Positions 38,092 to 48,742 of a stretch of 64,000 bases of DNA are shown here, piece by piece. Source of the DNA: a phage. How positions within the stretch are numbered: the first letter of the stretch is position 1; each line of letters starts with the position of its first letter. A model generated the notes under the pieces. It was not told the DNA's origin. It searched no databases and worked only from the letters and a program-made list of their open reading frames with translations. Made by a program: the position numbers and the translations under genes. The stretch is from NCBI GenBank assembly GCA_025677605.1, contig GCA_025677605.1_4110.1. One strand, 5' to 3'.

Positions 38092-39504
38092 TTATTTCAC
38101 GTTAAAAATCGAAGTGGCTTTTTGTAAAGCATGTACTTCAGACTGTTGATTGTCTACCATCATCATTGTGTCCTTGACATGCTCCGCATTTTGCTGTACT
38201 GAACGGTCCATCATATTAACACTCTCGGTAACCTGAAGGATTGCAATGCTTTGTTGTTCAGCCATTATAGCTAAATCATCAATGAACTGCAAGAGAGAAT
38301 CAACATTTTTTACAATAGAATCAATATCACTTGCAGTTTCGTTGATTTGTTCTATTCCTTGGTTGTTGTTTTTTACAGAGTTATCAACGATTTCTTTAAT
38401 TTCTTTACTACATGCATCACATTTCATTGCTAAGTTACGAACTTCCTGTGCAACAACAGAGAATCCACGTCCATGTTCACCCGCTTTAGCAGCCTCAATA
38501 CTGGCATTTAAAGAAAGAATATTAGTCTGGAAAGCAATAGTTTCTATATTTTTGAGTATAGCAACTATAGCATTAGAATCTTCTTTAATTCTATCCATCT
38601 GCTCTTTGCAATTATTAATACTTTCAATTGCATTAGTACTGGATTCTTTTGTAGTTTTAACCATACTTTTTGCAGTATTGGAGTTATCAGATGTATTTGC
38701 AGATGTAGCACTTAATTCTTCCATAGCAGCAGCGATTTGAGTAAGTGCCTGTCCTTGTGTTTCAGTTCTGAAAGCTAAATCATTACTTTTACTTTCGAGA
38801 TGATAGGAGTTGCTTTTCATTGACTGAACTGTAATTTGTACTTGTTCAATTGCCTCACGCATAGCTGATATTGTTTTACTAAAAGTCTGTGCAAATTCTG
38901 AGTTGAAATGATTATTTTGTATTTCTAAAGTAATATTGCCGTCTTCAGAATTCACCGAATGGGCAATTCGTTGAATTTCATCTGCTTCATTTGCATCTTT
39001 CTCCATAATATACGCAACGTACATCAGAACTATTGCCTGTACTACTACATATATTGCGTGCTCTATAATGTGCCATAACGAAATATGGTGAAAAGAAAAC
39101 ACGAATAATATTGGAATTCCAGCACCCTGTAACAATCCAAATAATAAATGATGTATAGCAATCAGTACTGAACCTGCTAATACACAACGCCAGTCACGCC
39201 ATACAATCAATAAACTTAAAAAGACAAAAACTGTAAAGTGCCATTCCACCATCCCTAAGCCAAGATGTATTAGTAACGCACTCCAGCACATCACATTTAT
39301 ACTTAACAACGTTCGAGTGAACGCATTACTTTCAACAAATAGTAAAGGAGTTAGCATTACTAATAATAAAACTGCACCGATTAGTGCAATAATAAAACTA
39401 CCATGAACAACACCGGAAACTAAAGTAACAGCAAATAAAGCCCCTATACAACATAGTACTAAATTATCGGCTTTTTTGCGTATATTTTCTAAATTACTTT
39501 TCAA
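38092..39504 (-). CDS. methyl-accepting chemotaxis protein-like transducer with multi-TM N-terminal domain
   Basis: C-terminal MCP signalling domain: highly conserved [25 protein letters not shown] block and [14 protein letters not shown]; ~6-7 hydrophobic helices in first 170 aa; track start codon is TTG so exact start uncertain. Confidence 0.8.
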   Translation of the reverse strand: MKSNLENIRKKADNLVLCCIGALFAVTLVSGVVHGSFIIALIGAVLLLVMLTPLLFVESNAFTRTLLSINVMCWSALLIHLGLGMVEWHFTVFVFLSLLIVWRDWRCVLAGSVLIAIHHLLFGLLQGAGIPILFVFSFHHISLWHIIEHAIYVVVQAIVLMYVAYIMEKDANEADEIQRIAHSVNSEDGNITLEIQNNHFNSEFAQTFSKTISAMREAIEQVQITVQSMKSNSYHLESKSNDLAFRTETQGQALTQIAAAMEELSATSANTSDNSNTAKSMVKTTKESSTNAIESINNCKEQMDRIKEDSNAIVAILKNIETIAFQTNILSLNASIEAAKAGEHGRGFSVVAQEVRNLAMKCDACSKEIKEIVDNSVKNNNQGIEQINETASDIDSIVKNVDSLLQFIDDLAIMAEQQSIAILQVTESVNMMDRSVQQNAEHVKDTMMMVDNQQSEVHALQKATSIFNVK

Positions 39505-40049
39505 CGTACTTCTCCATAATTTAAATTATCATCAATATATTTTTTTAATAACAAATGCATTTTCTCTAGTTCCTCTTGGCTTTTGGTAAGTAACTTGTCC
39601 ATAATTGTAATTTCATAATGATCTTCTAATAACCTAAGTAATTTATAACCCATTTCTAGCTTATTATAAGTTAATTGATCATATGACATAGCAGCCATGA
39701 ACATTTGTTCTTTGAAAGTGTTTGAATCAATTTTAGCTACAGCTAACTTCTCGTCATCTTCATAAGAATGTTTTACCAGTATCTTAGTGTAGCGTGATAC
39801 ATTATATAGACGAATTTCACTATCTCCGCGTAGAATTTCCATCTTGTATTCTTGTCTACGTTGTGTTGCATTAATGATCTTTACGACATAACCTAAACCA
39901 CTAATGAACAATGTAATATTAGAATATACTGATGGAGATTCTTTTGGGTTGATATTTAATTCACCTAACTCAAAATTAACAGTCTTATTATCAGGACTGT
40001 TTTTAAAAATATAAATCATGCATTCAATAATATTTACAATGCTATCCAT
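39501..40049 (-). CDS. FQ-family paralog (weak), hypothetical
   Basis: Degenerate motif [11 protein letters not shown]; overlaps MCP start by 4 nt. Confidence 0.45.
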   Translation of the reverse strand: MDSIVNIIECMIYIFKNSPDNKTVNFELGELNINPKESPSVYSNITLFISGLGYVVKIINATQRRQEYKMEILRGDSEIRLYNVSRYTKILVKHSYEDDEKLAVAKIDSNTFKEQMFMAAMSYDQLTYNKLEMGYKLLRLLEDHYEITIMDKLLTKSQEELEKMHLLLKKYIDDNLNYGEVR

Positions 40050-40119
40050 AAAATACGCTCTCTTTTAAATAGGTTACAATATTCTAACACTCTACATTAC
40101 TAATGTCAACCTATAAACG

Positions 40120-40143
40120 AAAAAAGACCCATCAGGGTCTTTT
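40120..40143 (-). terminator. rho-independent terminator
   Basis: Hairpin AAAGACCC-ATCA-GGGTCTTT followed on minus strand by UUUUUUCG; overlaps stop of 40132..40683. Confidence 0.6.
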
Positions 40144-40683
40144 AAATGCTCGTAAGTCTCTCAGAATGTTTGGTAGAGTGCCTTGTTCCATTACAGAATT
40201 CAGTACATTAAGATCCATTGTAAGATAGAAACCATCAGGGATGTAATCACGCACTAACTTATCCAACTCAATGATATCCATTGTTAACTGATCATATAGA
40301 GTACTGTACTGGAAAAGCACCCCATCGTCAACATTTAAATCTATTAAGTTATCACCGTGATTGCATTGGCAAAAGTTATTAGCAAGATTTTTATGTTTAA
40401 TGCTGCTTATGTACACATATGGATAACGTGTGAGTACACGATTCTGTGCCTCCGAACAACCATCTGCAATTTCTTCATCTGATAACTCAGGGTGCAAAAG
40501 AAACAATGAACTATCACTAATGTACAAAGTACCTATAGAACCGTTTTTATTATTACTGTGTCGAATATAACATGAACCAAGATTTGATATAGGTTTTATA
40601 TCTTGTAGTACAATAGGAAAAAAGTTAATAATAACTTTAGATAGATCTTTTAGTACTGGGTTTATTGTTAATGGTAGACTCAT
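40132..40683 (-). CDS. FQ-family paralog, hypothetical
   Basis: Motif DGVLFQYSTLY. Confidence 0.55.
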   Translation of the reverse strand: MSLPLTINPVLKDLSKVIINFFPIVLQDIKPISNLGSCYIRHSNNKNGSIGTLYISDSSLFLLHPELSDEEIADGCSEAQNRVLTRYPYVYISSIKHKNLANNFCQCNHGDNLIDLNVDDGVLFQYSTLYDQLTMDIIELDKLVRDYIPDGFYLTMDLNVLNSVMEQGTLPNILRDLRAFKRP

Positions 40684-41312
40684 TTCATTATCCTTGAACC
40701 GCCTATATAGGTATCGTTAAAATAATTATCATTTTCAAACGCCATGTTATTCAAATCAGCAAGGTCATCGAAGTAACCGCCTTCAATACATATTTCTTTG
40801 AATACGTCACTGTACTTGAATAAATTTACTAAACTAAAGGTAATGTCTGCTCTTTGAACTTTAGTACATTTAAGGTGCTCATGTAGATATGGGAAAACAA
40901 TAGTATATAATAAATCATTCGGTTCATATATTAAACTATTTTGAAAGAATGATTCTTCTGAATAATCCATAACATTGAGGTTCAATCTAAGTACCTCATT
41001 ACTATCCAGTACTAATGTTTTATCTGACAAATCGAAGTTCAAGCAGTGCGTATAAAATGGTCCCAAATTACCAACTCTATTTTTATCTAAACCACTAGGA
41101 CTGAAATCAAGCCATACTTCATTCAACTCACTATCATCTGATTCTATGTACTCAAGAACATTGTTATGAAAACGCATGTCATAACATTCAAGGAACTTAT
41201 CATCCTTCAGACGTGGTAATATGTCCGTTAATGCTCGTGCATACGCAATGCAGTGCTTATACTCTAGGCGATGAAAAACGTACTTTGAAATTGGTTTTCT
41301 TTTTGTACTCAT
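40680..41312 (-). CDS. FQ-family paralog, hypothetical
   Basis: Motif EESFFQNSLIY. Confidence 0.55.
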   Translation of the reverse strand: MSTKRKPISKYVFHRLEYKHCIAYARALTDILPRLKDDKFLECYDMRFHNNVLEYIESDDSELNEVWLDFSPSGLDKNRVGNLGPFYTHCLNFDLSDKTLVLDSNEVLRLNLNVMDYSEESFFQNSLIYEPNDLLYTIVFPYLHEHLKCTKVQRADITFSLVNLFKYSDVFKEICIEGGYFDDLADLNNMAFENDNYFNDTYIGGSRIMK

Positions 41313-41316
41313 TCAA

Positions 41317-41931
41317 TTAATCTCCAATTGTACATATGTTTTCTTCAGTAATACTTTTTAATTTAAGTAATAAACCATCCCAGTCCTGTTCTTTGAATAT
41401 TTCAGGTTCTAATTTGATATACTTTGTTAATGGTAATTTAGGGGATAGATTTTTACAAAATTTAATAGCATCAATAACACAGGCGTTGTGAATTAATGAG
41501 TACTGAAACAATGTTTCGTCGAGTACATCATCATCTGGAATATCCAGAAATTCAGGTTCATGTGTTGTGACATAGTATTCTTCTTCTTCATCCATATCAA
41601 TGTAGACTTTATTAAGATAATTAAGTCCAGATGAACTAATAAAAATACCATCGCTTCTTGAGATACAAATATAAGAACTGGGCATATATATATCTAAATC
41701 TCTTTCTCTGTTGTGGTCGGTCAATTCTGTTCTTACGCAGATGATAGCTTTACAATTTTCATCCATTAAATCAAACCATTTGTCACCACGGTCAAATTTG
41801 TATGTAGAATTTTGTTCAGTACTGGTATGAAATGAAATAACACGATTTGTTAGACGCCATGCAAATTCATGAATACGAATTAGTTCTAAACTTATCTGAC
41901 TAATTTTATCTATTGTTTCGTTTGTCAGCAT
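41317..41931 (-). CDS. FQ-family paralog, hypothetical
   Basis: Motif DETLFQYSLIH. Confidence 0.55.
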   Translation of the reverse strand: MLTNETIDKISQISLELIRIHEFAWRLTNRVISFHTSTEQNSTYKFDRGDKWFDLMDENCKAIICVRTELTDHNRERDLDIYMPSSYICISRSDGIFISSSGLNYLNKVYIDMDEEEEYYVTTHEPEFLDIPDDDVLDETLFQYSLIHNACVIDAIKFCKNLSPKLPLTKYIKLEPEIFKEQDWDGLLLKLKSITEENICTIGD

Positions 41932-42412
41932 TTTTTAAAATCCTTACTTGTTTAATAAAGTGCTTCATTGAAGCAAATTCAAAACTAATTCTCTGAAACT
42001 CACTATATTTTTTAAAGTACGATAGAATAAACATAGCTTTAAGTTCAGAGTCATTGTAAATTAATGAATTTTGGAAATAATTTTCATCCGTTAAATCCGT
42101 AATGTACGGAAGTATATGATTAATAAATTGGGCTTTTCCTCTTTGGTGTGAAATATATTTTATATCAGAACCATCTGAACGAAATAGAATATAGTCTGTT
42201 TTACCTTTCTCAAACATAGAATGAGCCAGACGATCTTCAGCTTTAGTATGAAAATATATACTATGAGCACCGTGACGAATATTGAAAGACGATTCAGTAC
42301 TGTGATGGATAGCGAAATATCTATGCAAATTAACTTCATTAACGTACAAATAAGTTATTGTATCAAGACAATCCTTTGCGAACTTTATTAGTTCTGATAG
42401 TTTCCTCGACAT
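41906..42412 (-). CDS. FQ-family paralog, hypothetical
   Basis: Motif DENYFQNSLIY. Confidence 0.55.
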   Translation of the reverse strand: MSRKLSELIKFAKDCLDTITYLYVNEVNLHRYFAIHHSTESSFNIRHGAHSIYFHTKAEDRLAHSMFEKGKTDYILFRSDGSDIKYISHQRGKAQFINHILPYITDLTDENYFQNSLIYNDSELKAMFILSYFKKYSEFQRISFEFASMKHFIKQVRILKNADKRNNR

Positions 42413-42421
42413 ATAGCACCT

Positions 42422-42892
42422 TTATAAATGTTCCAAAAATGTATTAAAGAAATCCAAATCAATATAAAAGGAATTAAGTCCTTCGCTTCTTAAGTATGTT
42501 ACAATCACAGATAGTAAAAGTATATTACTTGTATATAATAATGAGTTTTGAAAGTACATCTCTTCATTACATATTTCAATATATGAAGGTAATACTTTAA
42601 AATCACTGTCATGAACACAAATTTTATCAAGGTATGAATGGTACTGAATATAATAGTAATCAAAGCTCATGAATGATTCATTATCACACACTGATTCCCC
42701 TATGTTTAAAACTTCAGTACCAGCGTAATACCATGCATTATGAGTATTTGATTTTTCAAACACTTTGTCAAATTTACCATTATTACCAGCATGATAAATC
42801 TTCATCAAAATCTTTGCAAAATCAATACACGCCGCATATGAATCGTATCGGATAACGTGACCATCCAGTACTAACTCGTCGGATTCTATCAT
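42422..42892 (-). CDS. FQ-family paralog, hypothetical
   Basis: Motif EEMYFQNSLLY. Confidence 0.55.
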   Translation of the reverse strand: MIESDELVLDGHVIRYDSYAACIDFAKILMKIYHAGNNGKFDKVFEKSNTHNAWYYAGTEVLNIGESVCDNESFMSFDYYYIQYHSYLDKICVHDSDFKVLPSYIEICNEEMYFQNSLLYTSNILLLSVIVTYLRSEGLNSFYIDLDFFNTFLEHL

Positions 42893-43371
42893 AGAGAAAG
42901 TTCCTCTGCAAGTAATTCCTCAATAAGTTCAAGATGTACTAAATCCAGATAGAAAGCACTGGCATTTACACTATTGAGATATGAATACAACATTATAGCA
43001 CGAACTGTTTCTTCTGTATAGATCAAAGATAACTGAAAGTGCGTCTCTTCAGTAGGCTTATAAGAACCTATATTATCAAGTACAATTGTCTCTTCCTCCC
43101 ATTGGAAGTAACATACAAGTGTATTCCCTGGGGTAAAGGTCATGTACAAATCCATTAGATTGTATTCTGAATCATCATAAATCGTAGCGTAGATGGCCTC
43201 TCTTTTGGATTTGAATGTAGGTAGTTTTATGACAAATGAACTTTTATCACAGCTTTTAATCTTATCGACATATGAACGCTTTTGGAACTCAGTACTTTCC
43301 ATTATAAGATGAATTTTGTAAATCTTTTTTGCAAAATCAATATCTTCCTGGAATGTCATTAATCTCTCCAT
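42889..43371 (-). CDS. FQ-family paralog, hypothetical
   Basis: Motif EETHFQLSLIY. Confidence 0.55.
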   Translation of the reverse strand: MERLMTFQEDIDFAKKIYKIHLIMESTEFQKRSYVDKIKSCDKSSFVIKLPTFKSKREAIYATIYDDSEYNLMDLYMTFTPGNTLVCYFQWEEETIVLDNIGSYKPTEETHFQLSLIYTEETVRAIMLYSYLNSVNASAFYLDLVHLELIEELLAEELSL

Positions 43372-43790
43372 TTTTTTCCTGGGAAATGCTTATCGTAGAA
43401 CTCATCATCACTAAGCATATAATCAGGAATTTCTCTTTCGATCTTTAAAAACTCTACATTAGTTGAAAAATATTCAGGGCTAGACTTAGGCACAAAGTCC
43501 ATTAAACCCTCCTGAATCTTCTTGAGAAGGTCAATATCACCACGGTAAGGACATACTAAGCTGTACTGAAATAGCTCGTCAGGTGGCATTACAGCGAGAT
43601 TCTCAATGTCATATTGTGAGTTATCTTTGTGAGAATAGATATAGAATTTATTCTCCGGTACTGGTTGTGTTACTTTAGAATAATACAATTCGTTATTATC
43701 ATCCAGCATTACACTATGAGTGCAACCATACGTTTGAAATCTTGTATTAAGTAAAGCCTTTGATTTAACTTTTATAATTTCAAAATACAT
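43359..43790 (-). CDS. FQ-family paralog, hypothetical
   Basis: Motif PDELFQYSLVC. Confidence 0.55.
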   Translation of the reverse strand: MYFEIIKVKSKALLNTRFQTYGCTHSVMLDDNNELYYSKVTQPVPENKFYIYSHKDNSQYDIENLAVMPPDELFQYSLVCPYRGDIDLLKKIQEGLMDFVPKSSPEYFSTNVEFLKIEREIPDYMLSDDEFYDKHFPGKKWRD

Positions 43791-44128
43791 TAATCCACCT
43801 CAAGTGTAAATTTGTGCATCATAAATGATTTAACCAGAAATAAATCTTTGTGTTTTAGTTTCTGAAGAGACTCCAACAAAATATTCTGTACATCTAATAA
43901 TTCGTATACATCATATTCAAATGCAGTGCTCATTTGAAATAGTTCTTCTTCACTTAAATTGTAAAGAAGTTCCAAATTCGTATCTTTATGTTTAGTAGAA
44001 ATAAAAGATACAATGGATTCATCCTCTTCTACAGAGAAGATAACCCAATGTCCAGCCTTGCATTCTTTTTGGACAATAAAAATTTCATCACCATCGTGCA
44101 TGTACTCAATATCAACTACTTTTCCCAT
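43790..44128 (-). CDS. FQ-family paralog, hypothetical
   Basis: Motif EEELFQMSTAF. Confidence 0.55.
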   Translation of the reverse strand: MGKVVDIEYMHDGDEIFIVQKECKAGHWVIFSVEEDESIVSFISTKHKDTNLELLYNLSEEELFQMSTAFEYDVYELLDVQNILLESLQKLKHKDLFLVKSFMMHKFTLEVD

Positions 44129-44615
44129 TTAGATATCCCTTGCATACTTCAAAATCATTCAAATCAAAATAGAAGTCAGTTTCAATTTCATGCTTATATC
44201 GGAGAAAACCGTAGAGTGTTATGACATTCAATACCAACATATTCATAGTAGTACTGAACTGAAAGTAATCTTCTTCAGAAATTAGTTTTACATCTTCTTC
44301 CTTGATACTACTCTTTTTATTACGACCATTTTCATCACGTAAATCTACTACAACTTCACCTTCTTTTGAGTAAGATAGGTAATTCATGCCTACACTATAT
44401 TCACTATCATCAAATGATTCACAGAAGATTTCCATCATTTCGCCTGATTTCTGTGTATATGTTAAACAACTTTTCCTATCCCTGTTAAGACTCTTTTTTC
44501 GAGAATACATTGAACCAAATGCTGTAGTATTGTTCTTGAATTCATCATAGATTTCGTAGATATCTTTTGCGTACTGTTCAATCTCATCGTAATTAAGTTT
44601 GCTAATATCAGGCAT
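44112..44615 (-). CDS. FQ-family paralog, hypothetical
   Basis: Motif EEDYFQFSTTM. Confidence 0.55.
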   Translation of the reverse strand: MPDISKLNYDEIEQYAKDIYEIYDEFKNNTTAFGSMYSRKKSLNRDRKSCLTYTQKSGEMMEIFCESFDDSEYSVGMNYLSYSKEGEVVVDLRDENGRNKKSSIKEEDVKLISEEDYFQFSTTMNMLVLNVITLYGFLRYKHEIETDFYFDLNDFEVCKGYLNGKSS

Positions 44616-45112
44616 TACAATTCTCCTACACGATTAATATGATCCAACATGATATCATAATCACTAAGGTCAAAGTAAAATTGGGCATCTGGTGGTAATT
44701 TTTTATGCAATTCAGATATTGCAGTTAATGCAAAAACCACATCTTCTGAATAGATTGTGCAGTACTGAAAGTATTCACACTCATCATTGATATCAATGAG
44801 ATCTATCTCTTCGCACTCCAAAAATTCTTTATAAAAACGAAGAGTACCTTTCGCTTTCGCATTGAATCCAAAGAATGACGAACCAAGAATTCTGACATTA
44901 TTATGTGCTTCAACTTTGCTGTATAACATATGCATACGAAATGACAGGATACTGGATACCTGTACTGTATCGGTAAACATTTCACCACTTTTGGGGTCCA
45001 CATATGTAACGTCAAAATTAGTTTCAACATCTCTTAAAAAGTTATGAATGCGAATTAAATTGTCTGCAAAAGTTATAGCATTACTGTATGAGAGTTCAGG
45101 ATTGAATTGCAT
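44615..45112 (-). CDS. FQ-family paralog, hypothetical
   Basis: Motif ECEYFQYCTIY. Confidence 0.55.
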   Translation of the reverse strand: MQFNPELSYSNAITFADNLIRIHNFLRDVETNFDVTYVDPKSGEMFTDTVQVSSILSFRMHMLYSKVEAHNNVRILGSSFFGFNAKAKGTLRFYKEFLECEEIDLIDINDECEYFQYCTIYSEDVVFALTAISELHKKLPPDAQFYFDLSDYDIMLDHINRVGEL

Positions 45113-45168
45113 GATATGATCCTTTTCGTATTAGATGAAAAAGATTATATCATGCACAGAAGGAGGTG

Positions 45169-45705
45169 TCAAGATGGATTACGAACAAAATTCCAAATTA
45201 GATCGTAAAAAGTAAGGTCAACATAAAAAGGAGGGAAGTTATTCTGTTTAAGCCAAGAGAACATGAATTGTACACCAACTATGTACGGGTCGTCAACAGT
45301 ACTCATCTGAAAGAACAGTTCTTCGGTAAGTTCTTCTTCTATAAATGGTATAACAATGTCTGCCTCTTCATAAAAGAACTTTATTCTGTCATAGTCAGGT
45401 GAATAACTTAAAAAGCCACCGCTGTATTTTGGATCATATTCAGGGTCATTAAATTTGTTGATATTGAACATATCAACACTGTACCCGTCATCATCCAGAC
45501 CTCTTGAACGAATACTGAAGTAATCATAACTTGAATCAATAAATCTGTCAGATTTTACCCAAATAGAAGTCTCTCTGTTATTACAAATGAACTCATGGAT
45601 TTGCATAAGATCTTGAGCAGTACTGCGAGCGTGTTCAAAAGTGTCAACCTTTAAATGGTGAGTACCGTCCCAATCATCTTTCTCTATTCTGTCATAATCT
45701 AACAT
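45169..45705 (-). CDS. FQ-family paralog, hypothetical
   Basis: Motif EELFFQMSTVD. Confidence 0.55.
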   Translation of the reverse strand: MLDYDRIEKDDWDGTHHLKVDTFEHARSTAQDLMQIHEFICNNRETSIWVKSDRFIDSSYDYFSIRSRGLDDDGYSVDMFNINKFNDPEYDPKYSGGFLSYSPDYDRIKFFYEEADIVIPFIEEELTEELFFQMSTVDDPYIVGVQFMFSWLKQNNFPPFYVDLTFYDLIWNFVRNPS

Positions 45706-45707
45706 AA

Positions 45708-46046
45708 TTAAACCTCTTTGTATTGGACAATAAATTCCAGTTCTCTTTGTAGTTCACATGGATAGTTATTCATTATATCTTTCATTAGTTGTTGATACTT
45801 AAATAACTTTTCAATATCTACAATTCTATTATACTCCCATACTAATGATTCCTGAAATAACTCTTCTTCACTATAATCACTGTAATCAAAAATATGAAAT
45901 ACATCTCGTGCTAAATTATTAGTGATTATCTTGAACATATTCTTTTCATATGTAAGATAATAAAAATGTTCTTTCTTGTGGTTATAACCTAACTCAATCA
46001 TTACATAGTACTGATGTTTGGCTATAGTAACTTTAACTAAATCCAT
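45708..46046 (-). CDS. FQ-family paralog, hypothetical
   Basis: Motif EEELFQESLVW. Confidence 0.55.
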   Translation of the reverse strand: MDLVKVTIAKHQYYVMIELGYNHKKEHFYYLTYEKNMFKIITNNLARDVFHIFDYSDYSEEELFQESLVWEYNRIVDIEKLFKYQQLMKDIMNNYPCELQRELEFIVQYKEV

Positions 46047-46459
46047 CAGTACTCAACCTCTACATGAATAGATTCAGGAAACTTAGTCATATGATCTTCT
46101 GGATAGTTCTGCATTGCTTTGATCATCTCTACCTGTGTAGCACGGACGTATTCAATTGGTGCTCCTGGTAAATCCCAAACTGTACTTTCCTGAAAGAATT
46201 CCTCTTCTGACAGTACTGTAAGATTTACAAAATCATTACGATAATTTTTTGAATCATCATATGTGAAGATTTTAAAAGACCCATTTTCATATAGTACAAG
46301 AACAAAATGGGAGAATTTTTGTAATGCATCAAACCTTTCCACGACCGCATGATTCAGTGTACAAATGACCTCTTTTTTCCTCATACCGAATTGGATTCTA
46401 ATTTCTTTTTTCATAAAATCTCCTTCAGATGAGTACAAAATTTGTACAGTATATTGCAA
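46046..46459 (-). CDS. FQ-family paralog, hypothetical
   Basis: Motif EEEFFQESTVW. Confidence 0.55.
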   Translation of the reverse strand: MQYTVQILYSSEGDFMKKEIRIQFGMRKKEVICTLNHAVVERFDALQKFSHFVLVLYENGSFKIFTYDDSKNYRNDFVNLTVLSEEEFFQESTVWDLPGAPIEYVRATQVEMIKAMQNYPEDHMTKFPESIHVEVEY

Positions 46460-47061
46460 TCCGCAATGTACAATAACTCAAGAATTTTGGAATTCTGAAA
46501 TTCCTTACACAGAACATTAGAACTGTATACTGATGCTGAATCCACATTCATAATCAAATCCTGTTGGAATGCAACATCAGTACTTGGATTGAGATCCACA
46601 TCTTGTACTGCACCTTTATTATAAAATGAAGTACCTGTGCCTAAATTCTTACCCAATCCAATAATGAAAGAAGTACTGGAATTTAATGTAAGTTGATACA
46701 GATTGCTTCTTACATCGTAGAAGAAACGATTTAAATCACGATCAATCTTGAAATCATCATTGCATTTAATCAAATCACGCTTTGACATATATGGTTTAAT
46801 ATACATAAAGTTCACACCATTATATGAAAGCTCACATTCTTTTTGTGTTTTATTAAATGATTTAACTAAATCACGAAATGTAGAAGGTGATTGACTCAGT
46901 ACTGTATCGTAATAATATTCAGCAGTACTGATGAGTAGCTTAGCTTTCTCGTGAATATCAAATGTGGAAGTTTTGTTTAAATTGATCAATTCTTCTCTCC
47001 ATTTCATCAATACAAGTATCAATGTCTTCATAATTTGCATATACAAATACAGGAGCATCAT
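46411..47061 (-). CDS. FQ-family paralog, hypothetical (start uncertain)
   Basis: Motif DVAFQQDLIM; 5' end overlaps upstream gene. Confidence 0.45.
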   Translation of the reverse strand: MMLLYLYMQIMKTLILVLMKWREELINLNKTSTFDIHEKAKLLISTAEYYYDTVLSQSPSTFRDLVKSFNKTQKECELSYNGVNFMYIKPYMSKRDLIKCNDDFKIDRDLNRFFYDVRSNLYQLTLNSSTSFIIGLGKNLGTGTSFYNKGAVQDVDLNPSTDVAFQQDLIMNVDSASVYSSNVLCKEFQNSKILELLYIADCNILYKFCTHLKEIL

Positions 47062-47506
47062 CCCTTAAACGAAGGATATTCCACAAAGAAATACCAAACA
47101 CTTCAATATCATTGTGCACTGTACTTAACTGAAAAACACTTTCTTCATTAATTTCAAGGTGTGGTAAATCTATGTGTTTGTCAACATCACTCAACGATGT
47201 AACATCAACTGCACTCGCTCCTGCATTAAAAGTATTCAGTACTGTCGAATCTTTTCTGTACACTAATCCATACAATTCCCCATTGTTATGGGTGCACATA
47301 GATAATTTTCCATTTGTTTCAGGAACAGAACCGAACTTAATAAGTGTTCGGCCTGAAGATCTGAAAGACATATACGTCATGTAATCGTGTTGTGAAACAT
47401 CTAGCTCACTACGGGCAAGTATACGCTCATCTTGCAGTACTACTTCCGTCAATTTGGTTAGTGTACTTAACTTATTTGCAAAAGAAATTATCTCATCATA
47501 GGTCAT
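46958..47506 (-). CDS. FQ-family paralog, hypothetical
   Basis: Motif EESVFQLSTVH. Confidence 0.55.
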   Translation of the reverse strand: MTYDEIISFANKLSTLTKLTEVVLQDERILARSELDVSQHDYMTYMSFRSSGRTLIKFGSVPETNGKLSMCTHNNGELYGLVYRKDSTVLNTFNAGASAVDVTSLSDVDKHIDLPHLEINEESVFQLSTVHNDIEVFGISLWNILRLRDDAPVFVYANYEDIDTCIDEMERRIDQFKQNFHI

Positions 47507-47732
47507 AGTGTTCGCTCATTTCATTCATATATTCATAGCACGATAGGTATATAATTTTTTTAATCATAAAAGACATATCAGATTTATCACTGTCCTCTGC
47601 AATACGAAAAATATAACGCATATTAGCAAAGATATAAAGAGGTATATCAGATGCTTCAGTACCAGAAAATATATCTATAATAAACCCATAACTGAAATCC
47701 GATGCTGGTGCTTGTTCAAAAGTATTGTCCAT
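47496..47732 (-). CDS. hypothetical small protein (78 aa)
   Basis: Minus-strand ORF between array members. Confidence 0.45.
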   Translation of the reverse strand: MDNTFEQAPASDFSYGFIIDIFSGTEASDIPLYIFANMRYIFRIAEDSDKSDMSFMIKKIIYLSCYEYMNEMSEHYDL

Positions 47733-47922
47733 TTTTCATCCTTATAATACCCAATAGGTACTTAATATACGTCTCAACTGAAGCCTCCTGGTATTGTGTC
47801 CCTATGTACATCAGTAACTGTAATTCCGACACGTCATTTTGATTGGAAGACCTGATTGCAGTGAACATTTGAGCACTGTATTGGTTAAGAATATCTTGCA
47901 TGTCTCTGTGTCTTATACCCAC
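47716..47922 (-). CDS. GTNYQ-family small protein, hypothetical
   Basis: Motif LMYIGTQYQEA. Confidence 0.5.
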   Translation of the reverse strand: MGIRHRDMQDILNQYSAQMFTAIRSSNQNDVSELQLLMYIGTQYQEASVETYIKYLLGIIRMKNGQYF

Positions 47923-48140
47923 GGTGACTCCCCCTTTCCTTGAACTTTATTCTGAATTAATTTCTGAAGGTTAAAAATGTAATCTTTCATCACAACCTCT
48001 TGATAATTAGTTCCAAGAAAATGATTCAACTTGTAATCATGATATGGTCGCCTCTTCTTCAAAAGGGGATGAAATGTATTCCATTTTGTGTAAATGTCAG
48101 AACACATCCTGTAGTACTGGTGTTTTGGAATATACTTCAT
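47913..48140 (-). CDS. GTNYQ-family small protein, hypothetical
   Basis: Motif HFLGTNYQEV. Confidence 0.5.
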   Translation of the reverse strand: MKYIPKHQYYRMCSDIYTKWNTFHPLLKKRRPYHDYKLNHFLGTNYQEVVMKDYIFNLQKLIQNKVQGKGESPWV

Positions 48141-48706
48141 AGTATACCATCAACGAATACATCTTCGAATTCAAATGTTGAAGTATCAATGTATAAATTA
48201 CTTCTGAAGTTCATTTGCATCTCCATATATAGACGTAGAATCATGTACATGTCATCAGTACATGACAATTGAAACATCTGCTCTTCAAATGCGTTGTAAT
48301 TGTATTTCGGGATTTCAATAGTACTACTCTTTACTGTATCCCACCAGTTCTGAATACCAAAATATAATTCAGTACTTTTTCCTGTATAAAACAAATTCAT
48401 GATTTGATTTTTTTCATTCAAGTACAAACGGTTCGTGCCGCATACGGCAATACCAATACCAATAAGTGTAAGTGCAGGAAGACCGTCACGTAATACACGA
48501 CAACGATGAAATGTACCACCCTTATAGACTGACTGTAGGTAGTATCCTTCTTTAATAATGTCTCGTGATGGAATCAAACCAGTACTGCAATCCTTAAGCA
48601 AAGGAACTATAATGTTGATTTTACGAGATAATTCCTGCATTTCCTCTGCATTGTAAGCATCAATAATCATTTCATGTGCACCTTTTGAATTAATATTACT
48701 GTGCAT
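48137..48706 (-). CDS. FQ-family paralog, hypothetical
   Basis: Motif EEQMFQLSCTD. Confidence 0.55.
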   Translation of the reverse strand: MHSNINSKGAHEMIIDAYNAEEMQELSRKINIIVPLLKDCSTGLIPSRDIIKEGYYLQSVYKGGTFHRCRVLRDGLPALTLIGIGIAVCGTNRLYLNEKNQIMNLFYTGKSTELYFGIQNWWDTVKSSTIEIPKYNYNAFEEQMFQLSCTDDMYMILRLYMEMQMNFRSNLYIDTSTFEFEDVFVDGIL

Positions 48707-48742
48707 TGTAACACAGTACAGGCTCTTGTCAATAGCATGAAC

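Noticed and set aside
38092-39504. Possibility that the MCP gene marks a host-phage junction (prophage boundary)
   Set aside because: Phage-type paralog genes continue uninterrupted on both sides on the same strand with the same composition and AGTACT density; more consistent with a moron inside the phage genome.
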